Shown in pieces: positions 11,387 through 23,462 of a stretch of DNA of 64,000 bases. The notes beneath the pieces were generated by a model that had not been told where the DNA came from, did not search any database, and saw only the letters and a list, made by a program, of their open reading frames with translations. The position numbers and the translations under genes were made by a program. Numbering within the stretch: position 1 is the first letter of the stretch; every line of letters starts with the position of its first letter. This DNA is from Basidiobolus meristosporus CBS 931.73 (lineage: Eukaryota > Fungi > Basidiobolomycota), in assembly GCA_002104905.1 (NCBI GenBank), contig MCFE01000178.1:1-64000 (forward strand), read 5' to 3'.

Positions 11387-12998
11387 ACCTATGAGAAATT
11401 ATTGTGATGTTCACATAAAAAGGCCATTGCAAATTCTTACCCATGTAACTATGACGTATTGATTCCATCAGAACACCATGCAAGGACTGTAAAACAATAA
11501 TTGAATCCAAAATATCATAAAAAATTGTGTCAAAATTTTTCAGCACAACAATACAAAGAGTCTGCATTTTTCCTTCAGTGAGCACGCTTTCCCCTACACC
11601 TTTTTTGGTTGTAGCCCTGCTTGTTGCACTGAATGTCAAAGCAAGTTGTTGTCCAACTATTCTTCTGCTGCTGTCAGTGGTGGGGTGTGGTTTGGAACCA
11701 GATGGCTTTGCTTTATCTTTTTGGTGGCATATATATGGAATTGAGTAAAACTAAAGGGGAGATGGCATTACATATGCATGGGTATGTGGCGCCAAAACTT
11801 TGTTTATAATGTGTACTATGGCAGGTCATCATTGAATTTGACATTCATGCAGGTGCAATGTCTCATGTACAAGACTGGCTTATATTTGCATGAGTATTGC
11901 CAAAAAAGTGATGTAATAGAGTTAAGTTGTTGAGTGTCTTACTGTTTGCCCCATGAACAAGACTACTTTCACTCAACACCCTAAGAGAAGAGAAAAAAGA
12001 CCATGTAGCCATTGTAGTAAGCCTCACAGCAATGAATCATACCAGCAGCATTCAAAGCATCACAAGGATCATGGCAAGTGTTTTGCTACACAAGTTATAC
12101 TTGACCACTCACTAGTTGTTACTGTACAAACAATGTCTTGCCAGCCACCTGATACTTCTGTTGCAGCATCTGGATGTACTTGTCAGCTTGTGCAAACTGA
12201 GTCAGGAGAGTTTGTGACACCTTTAAGCTCACCCCAGCCTTCTGCATATTGCATGCAGAGTGATAGCTCTGAAGAAGCAGGCTCACTGGTGGATTGTGAG
12301 CCTATCTTCCCTAACAAGAGTACCTGGCATGAGTGCAGCAAAATCCCATTATGCAAGAGACCACATCATTTGAAAAAAATGTCAAGGATACTTTATGGAA
12401 TCAAGTGAGCCCAGTAATCCATCTACTGATGATTGATGTGATCTTGTGGCTAGAGAAGTGACATGCTTTCACTAATATCAGTAATGGGGGCTCTGAGGAT
12501 TTACTCCTACTTATTGCCAAATTCATTCTAATACGCAACTTGTTCATGGTATTAATTGAAAATTGTAATGCAGCTGGCAACCTATAGCCCAGAGACTGTC
12601 CTGCTTCATGCATGTGTCAAAAATTGTATAGCGTTCACATCGCAATATTCCTCCATTGTAAGGTGTCCAACTTGTCAGGAATCCACAACCATTGGGGGAA
12701 AACATTTGAAGTAGCTAAGAAGCAAGGGCTACTTTGAAGGTATGTATTACCCTGCCTTTGCCTTGGATCTTGATGCATTCTCAAGAAACAAGTACTCTAC
12801 CAGCAAATCCTGCTGGCCACTGATTATCATCAGCCTGGATCTGTTGCCTATCTTTTAGTATCAGAGCCAAAATCTGATGGTAGTCTCACTGGTGTCTGTG
12901 CCTAAATCACTGTCCAACCTGCATAGCTACCTGTTTCTATTGCTGGATGAATTTATGTACTTTCCAGTGCAATAACTGTAAATGGCCGTCATGGGAAA
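11387..12998 (+). mobile_element. CMC copy: left TIR, partner gene mostly deleted, transposase 5' half
   Basis: Starts (a)cctatgagaaatt; ORF 11953-12408 is the transposase N-terminus; cut by the Gypsy-A LTR. Confidence 0.7.
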
Positions 12999-14240
12999 TG
13001 TTGTGTTGTATGATGATTAGTTTGGGGCTTGTTCTACAATGTAGAGGCTAATCAGCAATATACAGCAACTTGCAGTATGCTAATACTGAAATAGTTTATT
13101 GGGAGTTTGATATACCATTAGAAGAAATAACTTTCACTAATTTCCTCAATCTTGGGCTCAAAGTATACTCTAGGCAGTGTTTATCACTTCTACAGCAGTG
13201 TTCTGACCTTCTGTCAACTAATGGGCTTATTTACTTTTATAGTAACTTTTCCTTATTTGGAAGTCACTTTCCTTTCTGAGAAAATATTTCCTAATATGGA
13301 AATTCTGAACTCCCCTTTAACCTAAAGGGGTGTGTTGTAAAAGTCTCTAAAGGGGTCTTTAGACCTAAAGGGGTGTCTAAAGGGGTGTCTTTAGAGTAAA
13401 GGGGCTTCTTGTAGTGGTCTCTAAAGTGGACTTTACACTAAAGGGGTGCCTAAAGGGGCTTCTTTAGAGTAAAGGGGTTTCTTAAAGGGGTCTCTAAAGG
13501 GGTTTTTAGACTAAAGGGGTGTCTAAAGGGTGTCTTTAGAGTAAAGGGGTTTCTTAGAGGGGATTTTTCCAACAGAAAAGTGGTAGTTTCTTGTAGAACT
13601 TAGATTGGATTCTTGTGAGCTTTGCAGTCTCTTTACTGATGTAGTACCAATCAAAGTCAGAATACTCAACAGTGCAAGTGATGCAGGGGAAGTCTTATAA
13701 CCTTTAAACTTGTAATTGTAGTGTGGAGATTCTGGAAAGAGAGGCTCTCCCTTTATTTTTCAGCTGGGGAAGTCATATATATGAAAATTTTGAAGGATCA
13801 AAGTTTTTGGGTGATTGCGCAAGCAATACACATGATACAAAGCTAAAATTTTGCAGTGGCGCAGATTGGACATAGGCGCAGCACCTGTGAGAACTTCACG
13901 TGATTTGACAGGCTGGTTCAAAAGTTACACGCAATCAAAGTCACCATAGTAATCCTAGCAATAAGGCATAGTATATATAATAGTTGGACTCTTTTGGTCA
14001 TAACTCCTTAAGTACTGCTTCAAATGAGCTGTAATTTGAAACATGTGTTGGCTACTATGTGTTCTGTATGACATAATATTCTTGGGTGGATTGCTTGTCA
14101 GGGTCTGGAGCATTTGTTCTTCAAAGTTGGAAATTCTTGATCTTTCACTTGTGTGTTACAATAGCAAAAAGCAAAATAAAGAAATGAGTGCAATATTGGT
14201 TTAGAGATATTGTAGTAATGGAATACTTTCCATTACCACA
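12999..14240 (-). repeat. Gypsy-A 3' LTR (1242 bp)
   Basis: TG...CA; about 97% identical to 19257-20467 by hand alignment. Confidence 0.95.
13321..13562 (+). repeat. TAAAGGGG array inside LTR-A (second copy ~19579-19790)
   Basis: 12 perfect and 3 variant units in the left LTR; the right LTR lacks one 30-bp block. Confidence 0.9.
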
Positions 14241-14248
14241 AGTCTCCC

Positions 14249-17200
14249 TTAACTTTGAGAAATAATGCCCTCATTATTGCTTCTGATATGGAACTTCTTC
14301 AATCTGTTACCAGATTGTGTCAGTGCAAGTGGTGTACCGTCAAGTTCTGCTAGTTTGTAAGATCCATTTTTGTTTGCATGTATGATCATGTAGGGACCTT
14401 GCCATTGCATATCCAGCTTGGATGCCTTGTTTCTTTGGCTTTTTGTGTTGTGAAGTAGTATCAACTTACCTACTTCTAACAATGTTTTTCTTGGGCATTT
14501 TTGAGCGTCAAAGTTCTCCTTGCCAGCTATTCTGGATTTCTTCAGGTTTTCTGTTGCATTCTGTTGCAGAGTGTGTGCTTGTTGAATCTGTTGTACTCTT
14601 GCTAGCAATAGCTCTGATGTTGTCATGGTTGGTTTCCATGGGAGCGTAAGCTAATTCTCAAAAGATATGTCTATTGGCAAAACAGCTTCATGTCCATATA
14701 TTAAAAAAAATGGTGTATACCCTGTACTTCTTTTAACCTTAACTCTATCAGCCCAAATTGCTGCATGAAAGTTATTTGCCCACTTGTTGGGTTCTTCATA
14801 GCTAAGCTTTGCTAATGTGTTTGCAAAAGCAGAATGTCCACGTTCAACTGGTGAATTTGCTTGTGGGTGGTATGGCGTAGTATATATAAGCTTGGTTCCA
14901 TGCTTTGTTGCTAGTGCTTGTGTTTCATAAGATCCACATTCTCCATTGTCTGCAATAAGGGTGCCAACTGAACCATGTCTGAGATATACATCTTCTTTGA
15001 GAAATCTTGCTACTGCTTTTGCATTGGCTTGCTTCAGCATTCTAGCCTCTATCCAACCAGTAAAGTTATCACAACAGTCCACCACATACTTATACCCAGC
15101 TGTTGCCCTTGGTAAATGTATAATATCTACATGTGCAATTTGCCAAGCATAAAATGTGTATATACTGTGAAGTGGTTCATGCATCTTTTGGTTGTCTCTT
15201 CTTTGACATGGAATACATGACTTCACATATTCTTTTGTGTTGGTGTACAGCATTGGCCAAAAATACCGTAAAGAGATTTTTGCATATGTTGATGTAATTC
15301 CCTTATGACCTCCTGATTCAGACTCATGCAATTCTTGAATGATCTTCTCTTGATCATGCTTGTTATGTATATACCGTCAAGGAACTCCATGTTTGCTTTT
15401 TCTGAAAAGTGTGCCGTCATGCAGTACAAACTTCAGAGACTTCTTTTTAAAATTTGTGTGTTGATTTGTGGGAATATCAGCAGGAACTTTGAGTGATGTA
15501 AGAAACTCCTTGATTTGTTGATAATTGCTTTGTATCATATGTCTGAATGAGAATCCAAGACTAGTGTTTTCAAGGAACTCATCAATCTCATCATCATCAG
15601 TTAAGTACGGTGAATTTGGTTGCTTTCTAGATAAGGCATCAGGTCCTTTGTGATTGGCTCCTGGTATGTGTTGCAGCGTAAAGTCAAAGATCTGGATGTA
15701 TGATATCCACTGTGCTAGAATAGGATCAGGCAAAAGCTCCAACTTATTCAACATTCCTAATAATGGCTTGGCATCAACTTCCAGTGTGAAGTGTACTCCT
15801 AATAAGTATGGCTTTAGCTTTTTGAGTACATAGAGTACTCCCAGTGCTTCTTTCTTGATAGACAGTTAGTTAAGCTCATTCCCTTTGAATAGTCCACTAA
15901 GATATTTGCAAGGTTGTTGATGATGATCTTTTGAAACTTGAATCATGATTCCACCAACCCCAATTCCAGAGCTATCAACTGATACAATGATTGGTTGTGA
16001 ATCAATAACACTGTAGTCTATAGCTGCTAAGACAGGTGGCTTTGATAATGACTCAAGCAATGTCAACATAGCATTTGCCTGTTCTTCATGCCATTCAAAT
16101 TTCTGGTTTTTCTGTAATAACTGAGTCAGTGGCTTAGCAATTTGAGCATAGTTCTTGATCCAGATTCTGAATAGACCAGTAAGTCCTAATAATTGTCTGA
16201 CTTGATGAATATTCCTTGGTGGCTTCCAATTCAGTGCCAATGAAAGTTTTGCAGGATCAGGCAATCTCCCTTTTTCAGTAACAAGTTCACCTAGAATGAT
16301 TGCTTTGTCGTAGCCAAACTTGCATTTGGCTCCTGATACAGTCAGACCAGAAGCTTGAAGTTTCTTCATGACCCTCTCAACAGTGCATATGTGATCATAA
16401 ACTTATCTTCTTACTTGAGGTAAGACATGCAATGTATCTTTTTCTCTGGACTTATTCTTAACTGCAATGTCATCAAGAAATAGTCGGCATATTTCAGGGA
16501 AACAGTCATCCAAAACTCAAATCATTGCACGTTGATAATTTTGGACAGAGTTTGTCCATCCTTGAGGAATTCTTGTCATCCTTATGAGTCCTATTGGTGT
16601 ATCCATAGCGGTGAAATCTCTTGAGGTAGGATCCAGAAGTATTTGGTCATATCCTGAATAAAGATCCAATGTTGTAATCAGAGGATATCCAGTATAATGA
16701 CTCAATATACTCATGTCTGTATGGGTGGTTGCATAGCATCTTTGATGGTGACCTTATTCAAATGCTGTACGTCTTGAATAAACCGTAGACTTCCATTTTT
16801 CTTCAACTGGTGTAAACCAGGGATTGCGATAAGGTCCATAGCTATATTCAATGACTCCACTTTGAAATCTTGATTGTAGCATTTCAATTACTTTGTTCAG
16901 TAATCTTGAGGGAATAGGATATGATCTCAGTGTCCATGGTGTATGTTCAACGGTATGGATCTTAACTGGTGGAAATAGCTCTGTGGATAAACATCCTCTT
17001 TGTGCATCATTAAATGCAAAGACATTGTCATAGCATTGTAGCATAGTCAAAAAGAGACTTCTCTCCTCAGTGGAAAGAGTAGTCCCAATAGCCAACTCCT
17101 TGAGCTTCTCTTCTGTGAGTCTGATTTTGTCATATTTGTGCAAAGGCTCCATTTGAGGATTGTCGTGGGCAGATGGTGAGATTCCAGTAGATACTGGCTT

Positions 17201-17371
17201 TGCTTTCAATGCAACTGGCTTATACTTAGTATTTGTCTTACTTGTTGTCGATGGAATGAAGTGTTGATCATAAAACAAAATATCCTTATGAACCTGTATG
17301 TTTTTTACTGGAATGGTGTCTGCATTTCTTGGATTATTCTCTTCTGCTGCACAAAAGGTTGCCCTTCTTTT
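14249..17371 (-). pseudogene. pol: Gypsy-A pol (RT, RNase H, integrase) with frameshifts
   Basis: KYKPVALKAKPV; LDLYSGYDQ..PQGWTNSV; FLDDI; SVDSSGIGVG; integrase AHVDII..DNFTGWIEA..LIADNG..PQANSPVERGH; no chromodomain seen. Confidence 0.9.
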
Positions 17372-19189
17372 TCAATCGTCAGATGTGATTGTCAGCCATA
17401 AGCTTCCATCAGGTCTATTATCAGCTTGTAGAAGAGACTTTCTCTCATATGGTCGTCCCAACAATACCTCAAAAGTGGGTCCATTGGCAACAATGAAAAA
17501 GGGAGAAGTAACCCTGATTCCTCCAATTTCAATTGGTACAGAGTGACAAAGTCCAAGCATCTTCTCTGTTGCACCTGTAGCAGTTCTCATATTCCAGTCA
17601 ACTTCTGTCAATGGCAATTTGATTTTTTCAAAAGTCATAGTGGTGATAGCATTGATTTCTGATCCAGAATCAAAAACACATTCCACTTCAACATTGTTGA
17701 TTGTAGCAGCATAGCTTCCTGTTGTTATAGAGTAAAAGGCTTTTTCTACTTCAAATTGTAGTTGTTCACTTGATAACGTTGTTGATGACTGTTCTTGATA
17801 ATTCTTCAGGATATCTTTGTTCATAGGCTTAACCATTTCTGGTAGTAGTTGACTGAGATTGTTGATGGCGGTGAACATTTCTTGATTTGTAAGTTGTGGA
17901 AATGGAGATTTCCAGAATTTGTCAATAACTTTCTGTGTAATTGCAGTAGTGTCATACTTAGATTGAGGTTGCAAGTGTTCTTTTTGGATTTTTGATGTTT
18001 CTGGCTGTACTGGTATTTCAACAATTGGCTGATTTCTTTTGTCGTTACACACTTTTTTAGGATTGTTCTCTGTAGAAACATACTTTCTCTTATCAATAAG
18101 GCAATTAAACTCTTCAACTTCCTCTTTTTCCATTAGATATTCTTGGACCTGCCCTGATGGATCTGATATTGTGAGTACGTAACGTTCATTGCTTGGAATT
18201 TCTGCAGTCTTTTGGATTTGTATGAAATTTGATGTCTTGGTGCTTTTACTTGATTCTTCTTGAGCAAGTACATAGGACCTCATTCCACCATAACCTCTGT
18301 TGATAGGCAAGGGGTTTCCAGCAATATCACAGATCTTCCCATAACAATCAATCATAACCTTATGACTGTCAATATCAATATTAAATATTTGACAACCATA
18401 ACGGCTATGCTCAGCAGATTCACAGTACACACAATATTTGGTTTGCTGTGGATAATTACTGGTTGTTTTGGGATTTTCTGGTCTTGCCTTGTTGAGGCTT
18501 GATGATGGTACACTTTGAGAGTCCAACTTAGGCGTCAGCTTTCCTAATGCATCAATTAATTCATTAACCTGATCACTTTGTGTGTTATTTGTACGATGAA
18601 GAATTTGTTTAGCTGGAGTGGAAATCTTCATTTGAATATTAATGGAATCCATGACTTGTCTCCCTGATTGATAGTTTAACACCATTTGTTTAACATTGTT
18701 GTAGGAGCTTGTAGCCTGAACTTGGTGGCTAATGGCATTACGTATTTCAGGAGGCATATTCATCAGAAAATAGTTTCTTTGATAAAATCTTGGAATTCCA
18801 ATAGCTGCTTCAACATGCCTTGCTTTTGACTCAAACTTTTGAATGTACTTCTGCAAGGGTTGGGTCTTGTTGTAAGGCATTTCTAGCTCATTTAGTGTAA
18901 CAAACTGTGCTTCTTTTTGGTATTCAGCTAAAATAGCTTGTTGAGCAGTGTCCCAGTTATAGTTAGCGCCAACAGATATCTTAAATGGGTCCAAACTTTG
19001 TAAGAATCTTGATACTTCAACTTCACAGAGAAAGGGAAACAATTGGATTTTGTTCTTGTGTGATAGCTCAAATGCTGCAGCTATATTGTTAAACTCTTCT
19101 AGAAACTCAGTAACATTCTCTCCTGAGAATTTTACTGGAATGGCACCTTTAAAAGTGGCTATTAACTCTGGGAGTGGTGTATCAGTCAT
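17372..19189 (-). CDS. gag: Gypsy-A Gag plus aspartic protease, 605 aa open
   Basis: Zinc knuckle CVYCESAEHSRYGC; protease CVFDSGSEIN; in frame with the downstream pol ORF 16754-17278 across one TGA. Confidence 0.9.
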   Translation of the reverse strand: MTDTPLPELIATFKGAIPVKFSGENVTEFLEEFNNIAAAFELSHKNKIQLFPFLCEVEVSRFLQSLDPFKISVGANYNWDTAQQAILAEYQKEAQFVTLNELEMPYNKTQPLQKYIQKFESKARHVEAAIGIPRFYQRNYFLMNMPPEIRNAISHQVQATSSYNNVKQMVLNYQSGRQVMDSINIQMKISTPAKQILHRTNNTQSDQVNELIDALGKLTPKLDSQSVPSSSLNKARPENPKTTSNYPQQTKYCVYCESAEHSRYGCQIFNIDIDSHKVMIDCYGKICDIAGNPLPINRGYGGMRSYVLAQEESSKSTKTSNFIQIQKTAEIPSNERYVLTISDPSGQVQEYLMEKEEVEEFNCLIDKRKYVSTENNPKKVCNDKRNQPIVEIPVQPETSKIQKEHLQPQSKYDTTAITQKVIDKFWKSPFPQLTNQEMFTAINNLSQLLPEMVKPMNKDILKNYQEQSSTTLSSEQLQFEVEKAFYSITTGSYAATINNVEVECVFDSGSEINAITTMTFEKIKLPLTEVDWNMRTATGATEKMLGLCHSVPIEIGGIRVTSPFFIVANGPTFEVLLGRPYERKSLLQADNRPDGSLWLTITSDD

Positions 19190-19232
19190 TCTTGTAACGT
19201 TTCTTGATGCTTGTATAGTGAAAGGTTCAAAC

Positions 19233-19250
19233 TACCCAGGTCCTCCACCA
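19233..19250 (-). promoter_or_regulatory. Primer-binding site, probably tRNA-Ala
   Basis: Sense TGGTGGAGGACC, 6 nt from the 5' LTR, complements a tRNA end ...UCCACCA (U70 C71 C72 A73 CCA, the tRNA-Ala acceptor end). Confidence 0.6.
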
Positions 19251-19256
19251 AATACT

Positions 19257-20467
19257 TGTTATGTTGTATTATGATTAGTTTGGGGCTTGTTCTACAATGT
19301 AGAGGCTAATCAACAATATACAACAACTTCCAGTATGTTAATACTGAAATAGTTTATTGGGAGTTTGATATACCGATAGAAGATATAACTTTCACTAATT
19401 TCCTCAATCTTGGGCTCAAAATATACTGTAGGCAGTGTTTATCACTTCTACAGCAGTGTTCTGACCTTCTGTCGACTAATGGGCTTATTTACTTTTATAG
19501 TAACTTTTCCTTATTTGGAAGTCACTTTCCTTTCTGAGAAAATATTTCCTAATATGGAAATTCTGAACTCCCCTTTAACCTAAAGGGGTGTGTTGTAGAA
19601 GTCTCTAAAGGGGTCTTTAGACCTAAAGGGGTGTCTAAAGGGGTGTCTTTAGAGTAAAGGGGCTTCTTGTAGTGGTCTCTAAAGTGGACTTTACACTAAA
19701 GGGGTGCCTAAAGGGGCTTCTTTAGAGTAAAGGGGTTTCTTAAAGGGGTCTCTAAAGGGGTCTTTAGACTAAAGGGGTGTCTTAGAGGGGACTTTTCCAA
19801 CAGAAAAGTGGTAGTTTCTTGTAGAACTTAGATTGGATTCTTGTGAGCTTTGCAGTCTCTTTACTGATGTAGTACTGATCAAAGTCAGAATACTCAACAG
19901 TGCAAGTGATGCAGGGGAAGTCTTATAACCTTTAAACTTGTAATCGTAGTGTGGAGATTCTGGAAAGAGAGGCTCTCTCTTTATTTTTCAGCTGGGGAAG
20001 TCATATACATGAAAATTTTGAAGGATCAAAGTTTTTGGGCGATTGCGCAAGCAATACACGTGTTACGAAGCTAAAATTTTGCAGTGGCACAGATCGGACA
20101 TAGGCGCAGCACCTGTGAAAATTTCACGTGATTTGATTGGCTGGTTCGAAAGTTACACGCGATCAAAGTCACCATAGTAATCCTAGCAATAAGGCATAGT
20201 ATATATAATAGTTGACTCTTTTGGTCATAACTCCTTAAGTACTGCTTCAAATGAGCTGTAATTTGAAACATGTGTTGGCTACTATGTGTTCTGTATGACA
20301 TAATATTCTTGGGTGGATTGCTTGTCAGGGTCTGGAGCATTTGCTCTTCAAAGTTGGAAATTCTTGATCTTTCTCTTGTGAGTTACAATAGCAAAAAGCA
20401 AAATAAAGAAATGAGTGCAATATTGGTTTAGAGATATTGTAGTAATGGAATACTTTCCATTACCACA
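19257..20467 (-). repeat. Gypsy-A 5' LTR (1211 bp)
   Basis: TG...CA; TATA-like tatatataat at ~20190; adjacent PBS. Confidence 0.95.
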
Positions 20468-22345
20468 ATTCTCCACACAACATTTAAGACAGAGTAGAGA
20501 ATGGATACAGTAGTGGCAGAGATCTACGCATTCAGCTTTATGCTTGTAGTGTAGCTGCTCAAATCCTGTCACAAACTCCTCACACAACAGCTGTAGATGT
20601 GTCAAGTTGGCATTGGTGATCTGCTTCTGGATAAATATTCCTACAATGTCCACATATGACTCCCAATGCTTGCAATGTACTTTTGGTAGGGATGGCTTCA
20701 GAACACCACTTGAATAAGTACATATCCAGTTCATCCAGTCTTTTCATATGTATTGTTGCATATGCATGTGGATATTAATTGGAGCCCATGAGAAGTAATT
20801 AGGGTTGCGGATACTCTATAATATCTTGCCAATTCTTTCAAATTTCTCCGGTATCTCAAAGGGCTCATTTAGCTCACAATGCCCCATGTGCAACTTGGTC
20901 ATCAGTATAGCAATATTGTTGAAAAGCAATTGCATTGCTCCCAGTGGAAAGCTATTGCTCCAACAGATACCCTCTATCTTAAGTATATCTTGTTTCCAAT
21001 TGATTCCATATTCTGGCCAATGGCTTATAGCTTGCCAACTTTGCTGCAATTTCATGCTTACTTCTGTACATTCTCTTTGTGGAAAGATGATGTTCCTAGT
21101 GCTGGTATTTGGGTAATAATAATGTGTGTGAGTTATGAAGTAAATCCCCAGGATCTCACACATTTGACAGCAGCACTGTTCATTGTGCCCAGAAAAACCT
21201 GCTATCTTGCTGATGACTGGGGTACCTCCAATGCAGATAATAATATGCGCTTTTACACAATCACCATTTACTGTTATCTGCTGGAAAGCATACAAAATTC
21301 ATCCAGCAATGGATACAGGTAGCTATCCAGGTTGGACAGTGATTTAGGCCCAGATACCAGTGAGACTACCATCAGATTATTGCTCTGATACCATAAGATG
21401 GTCATACATACCTTCAAAGTAGCTCTTGCTTTTTAGCTGTTTGCGATGTTTGCCATCAAATATATTGGATATGTTTGCACATGATTGATACTGAGTGCAG
21501 TACTGTATAGCTGTGTAATACTTGTTAGACTGTATCAGCTTCCTCAGACAGGGTACAATCAGAATATATCTGGAGTGTGAACAATGTTTTCCCTCAATGG
21601 TGGTGGATTCCTGAAAATTTGGACACATTGCAATGGTAGCATTTTTGGATGTGAATGCCATGCAGCTGTTAACACATACTGGAATCAGGACAGTCTCTGG
21701 ATCATATGTTGCCAGCTGCATAACGGTTTCCTACTTGTACCATGTACATGGTAAGTTGCATCCAGTATCACTTTGGCAAGAAGTATTAATAGATCCTCAT
21801 AGCCCCCATTACTGATATTAGTGGAAATGCACCACTTCTCCAGCCACAACATTATATCATTCACCAGTAGATGGATTATTGGGCTCACTTGGCTCCATAA
21901 AGTATTCTTGGCATTTGTTTCAATGGGTGTTGTCTCATGGCATATAGGAATTTGACTGGGCTCATATGTGGTACTGTTGTTAGGAGCAATAGGCTCAAAA
22001 TCCATTAGTGAACCTTCTTTGTCAGAGCTATCACTCTGCATGCCATATTTGGAAGGCTGAGGTCAGCCTAAAGGTGTCACAAGCTCACCTGACTCCAATT
22101 GCGCAAGGTGACTAAGTTGGCCAGGTGCTAATATAGAAGTATCAACTGGCCAGCAAGATAATGTTGGTACAGTAGTGACCAATGAGTGGTCAAATATGAC
22201 TTGGGTGGCAAAACACTAGCTGTGATCCTTGTAATAGTTCCTATGCTGTCTGCATGCTTCATGGCTGAGAGGCTTGCCACAATAGCCACATGGTCTTTTT
22301 TCTCTTCTCTTACGGTGTGAGTCAAAGTAGTCTTGTCCCTGGGCA
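20468..22345 (-). pseudogene. CMC transposase, 5' two-thirds
   Basis: ORFs 20348-20734, 20816-21295, 21377-21721 and 21685-22041 carry the same motifs as the + strand copies. Confidence 0.85.
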
Positions 22346-22615
22346 ACCAGTTTGACCTTTAACAATGTAATGTTATTAAATCACTTTTTGGTCAATACTC
22401 ATGTGAACTTAAGACAGTCTTGTATTTGAGACATTGCACCTACATGACTGTAAGATTCAATGATGACCTGCCATAGTAAGCATTATAAATAAAGTTGTGG
22501 CACCACATACATACGTGTATTTAACACTGTTTCCCCTTTGGTTTGACTCACTTCCATATATATGTTGCCAAAATATAAAGCAAAGTCATTGGGTTCTCAA
22601 CCAAGCCCCACTGCT

Positions 22616-23291
22616 TGTTGTATCCAAGAGAAAAGTGAAATAAAACTCTTGAATGAGTTAACTGAACCTAAGTGACAGCTAAGTGCAGAGTCTTAAAATT
22701 GTCAAGAGTGCCAGAAATATTAGCAGAGAGGTTCTGGTCTAATATTGGTCTTATATATAGCTGAGTTGGGCTATAAAGGCAACAGAGTAGGTTTGCTATG
22801 TAGGCTAGGCTTGGTGTTCTTGAGAGTGCTAGATATGCTAAACTTGGGTTGAAACTAGAATGGATTTGTTGAATTCTTAATTTTGTTGAGACACACACTA
22901 AACCAAAAGGTTCAGTAAGCTTTATTTATACTTTTCTGATTGAGTTGCATAAGTAAGCGCCAAGAGACTGGACTAATTGAAATCTGTTGGGGTGTTGATA
23001 GGTGCATAAAATAAATGAACAATTGCCTCATTAATCAGCTGATGTCTTGGCAACTGCTAAGTGGTTGGATAAATCTCAGATGACTAATCACTTGGAAAGG
23101 CTTAGCAGATAGGTTGAGGACATAATGACCACATGAGAATTGATCAGGCATGACAGCTAAAAATAGATTCTGAGAAGTGATAAAAAAACCATAACAGGGA
23201 TTTGTTATGTTTGGGTTAGGGAAAATCAGTTAGGGTACTAGATCTTCTAACGGAGTGAAATTGGCCAAGTTTTAAATGTTGAAGCACAACA
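22616..23291. mobile_element. Solo LTR, family F, 5-bp TSD CTGCT
   Basis: TG...CA, 676 bp; ctgct on both flanks; second copy at 30400. Confidence 0.85.
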
Positions 23292-23462
23292 CTGCTGACA
23301 GCAACAGAAGAACAGTTGGACAACAGCTTGCTTTGACATTCAGTGCGACAAGCAGGGCTACATCCATAAAAGGCCCTGTGAACAGTGTGCCCATTGAAGG
23401 TAATAATGCAGACTCCTCAGGCTCTCAGTCAAGTAGGTAATTGAGAACCTCTGTGGAGCCAC

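Larger units (their letters stand above)
12999..20467 (-). mobile_element. Ty3/Gypsy LTR retrotransposon, family A, near full length, no TSD
   Basis: Two ~1.2-kb LTRs, PBS, polypurine tract (plus-strand agtctccctt at 14241), domain order gag-PR-RT-RH-IN. Confidence 0.95.

Noticed and set aside
13321-13562. TAAAGGGG array as a CRISPR array or a true telomere
   Set aside because: Units are 8 bp with short, related spacers, there are no cas genes, and the array is internal to both LTRs.
19224-19250. tRNA gene (GGTTCAAA...CCACCA)
   Set aside because: Only a 3'-end-like stretch with encoded CCA next to an LTR and no D or anticodon arm; it is a PBS.
20805-21322. Plus-strand ORFs 20805-21116 and 20879-21322, and similar short ORFs, as host genes
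   Set aside because: They are antisense or alternate-frame shadows of TE coding sequence with no independent motif.
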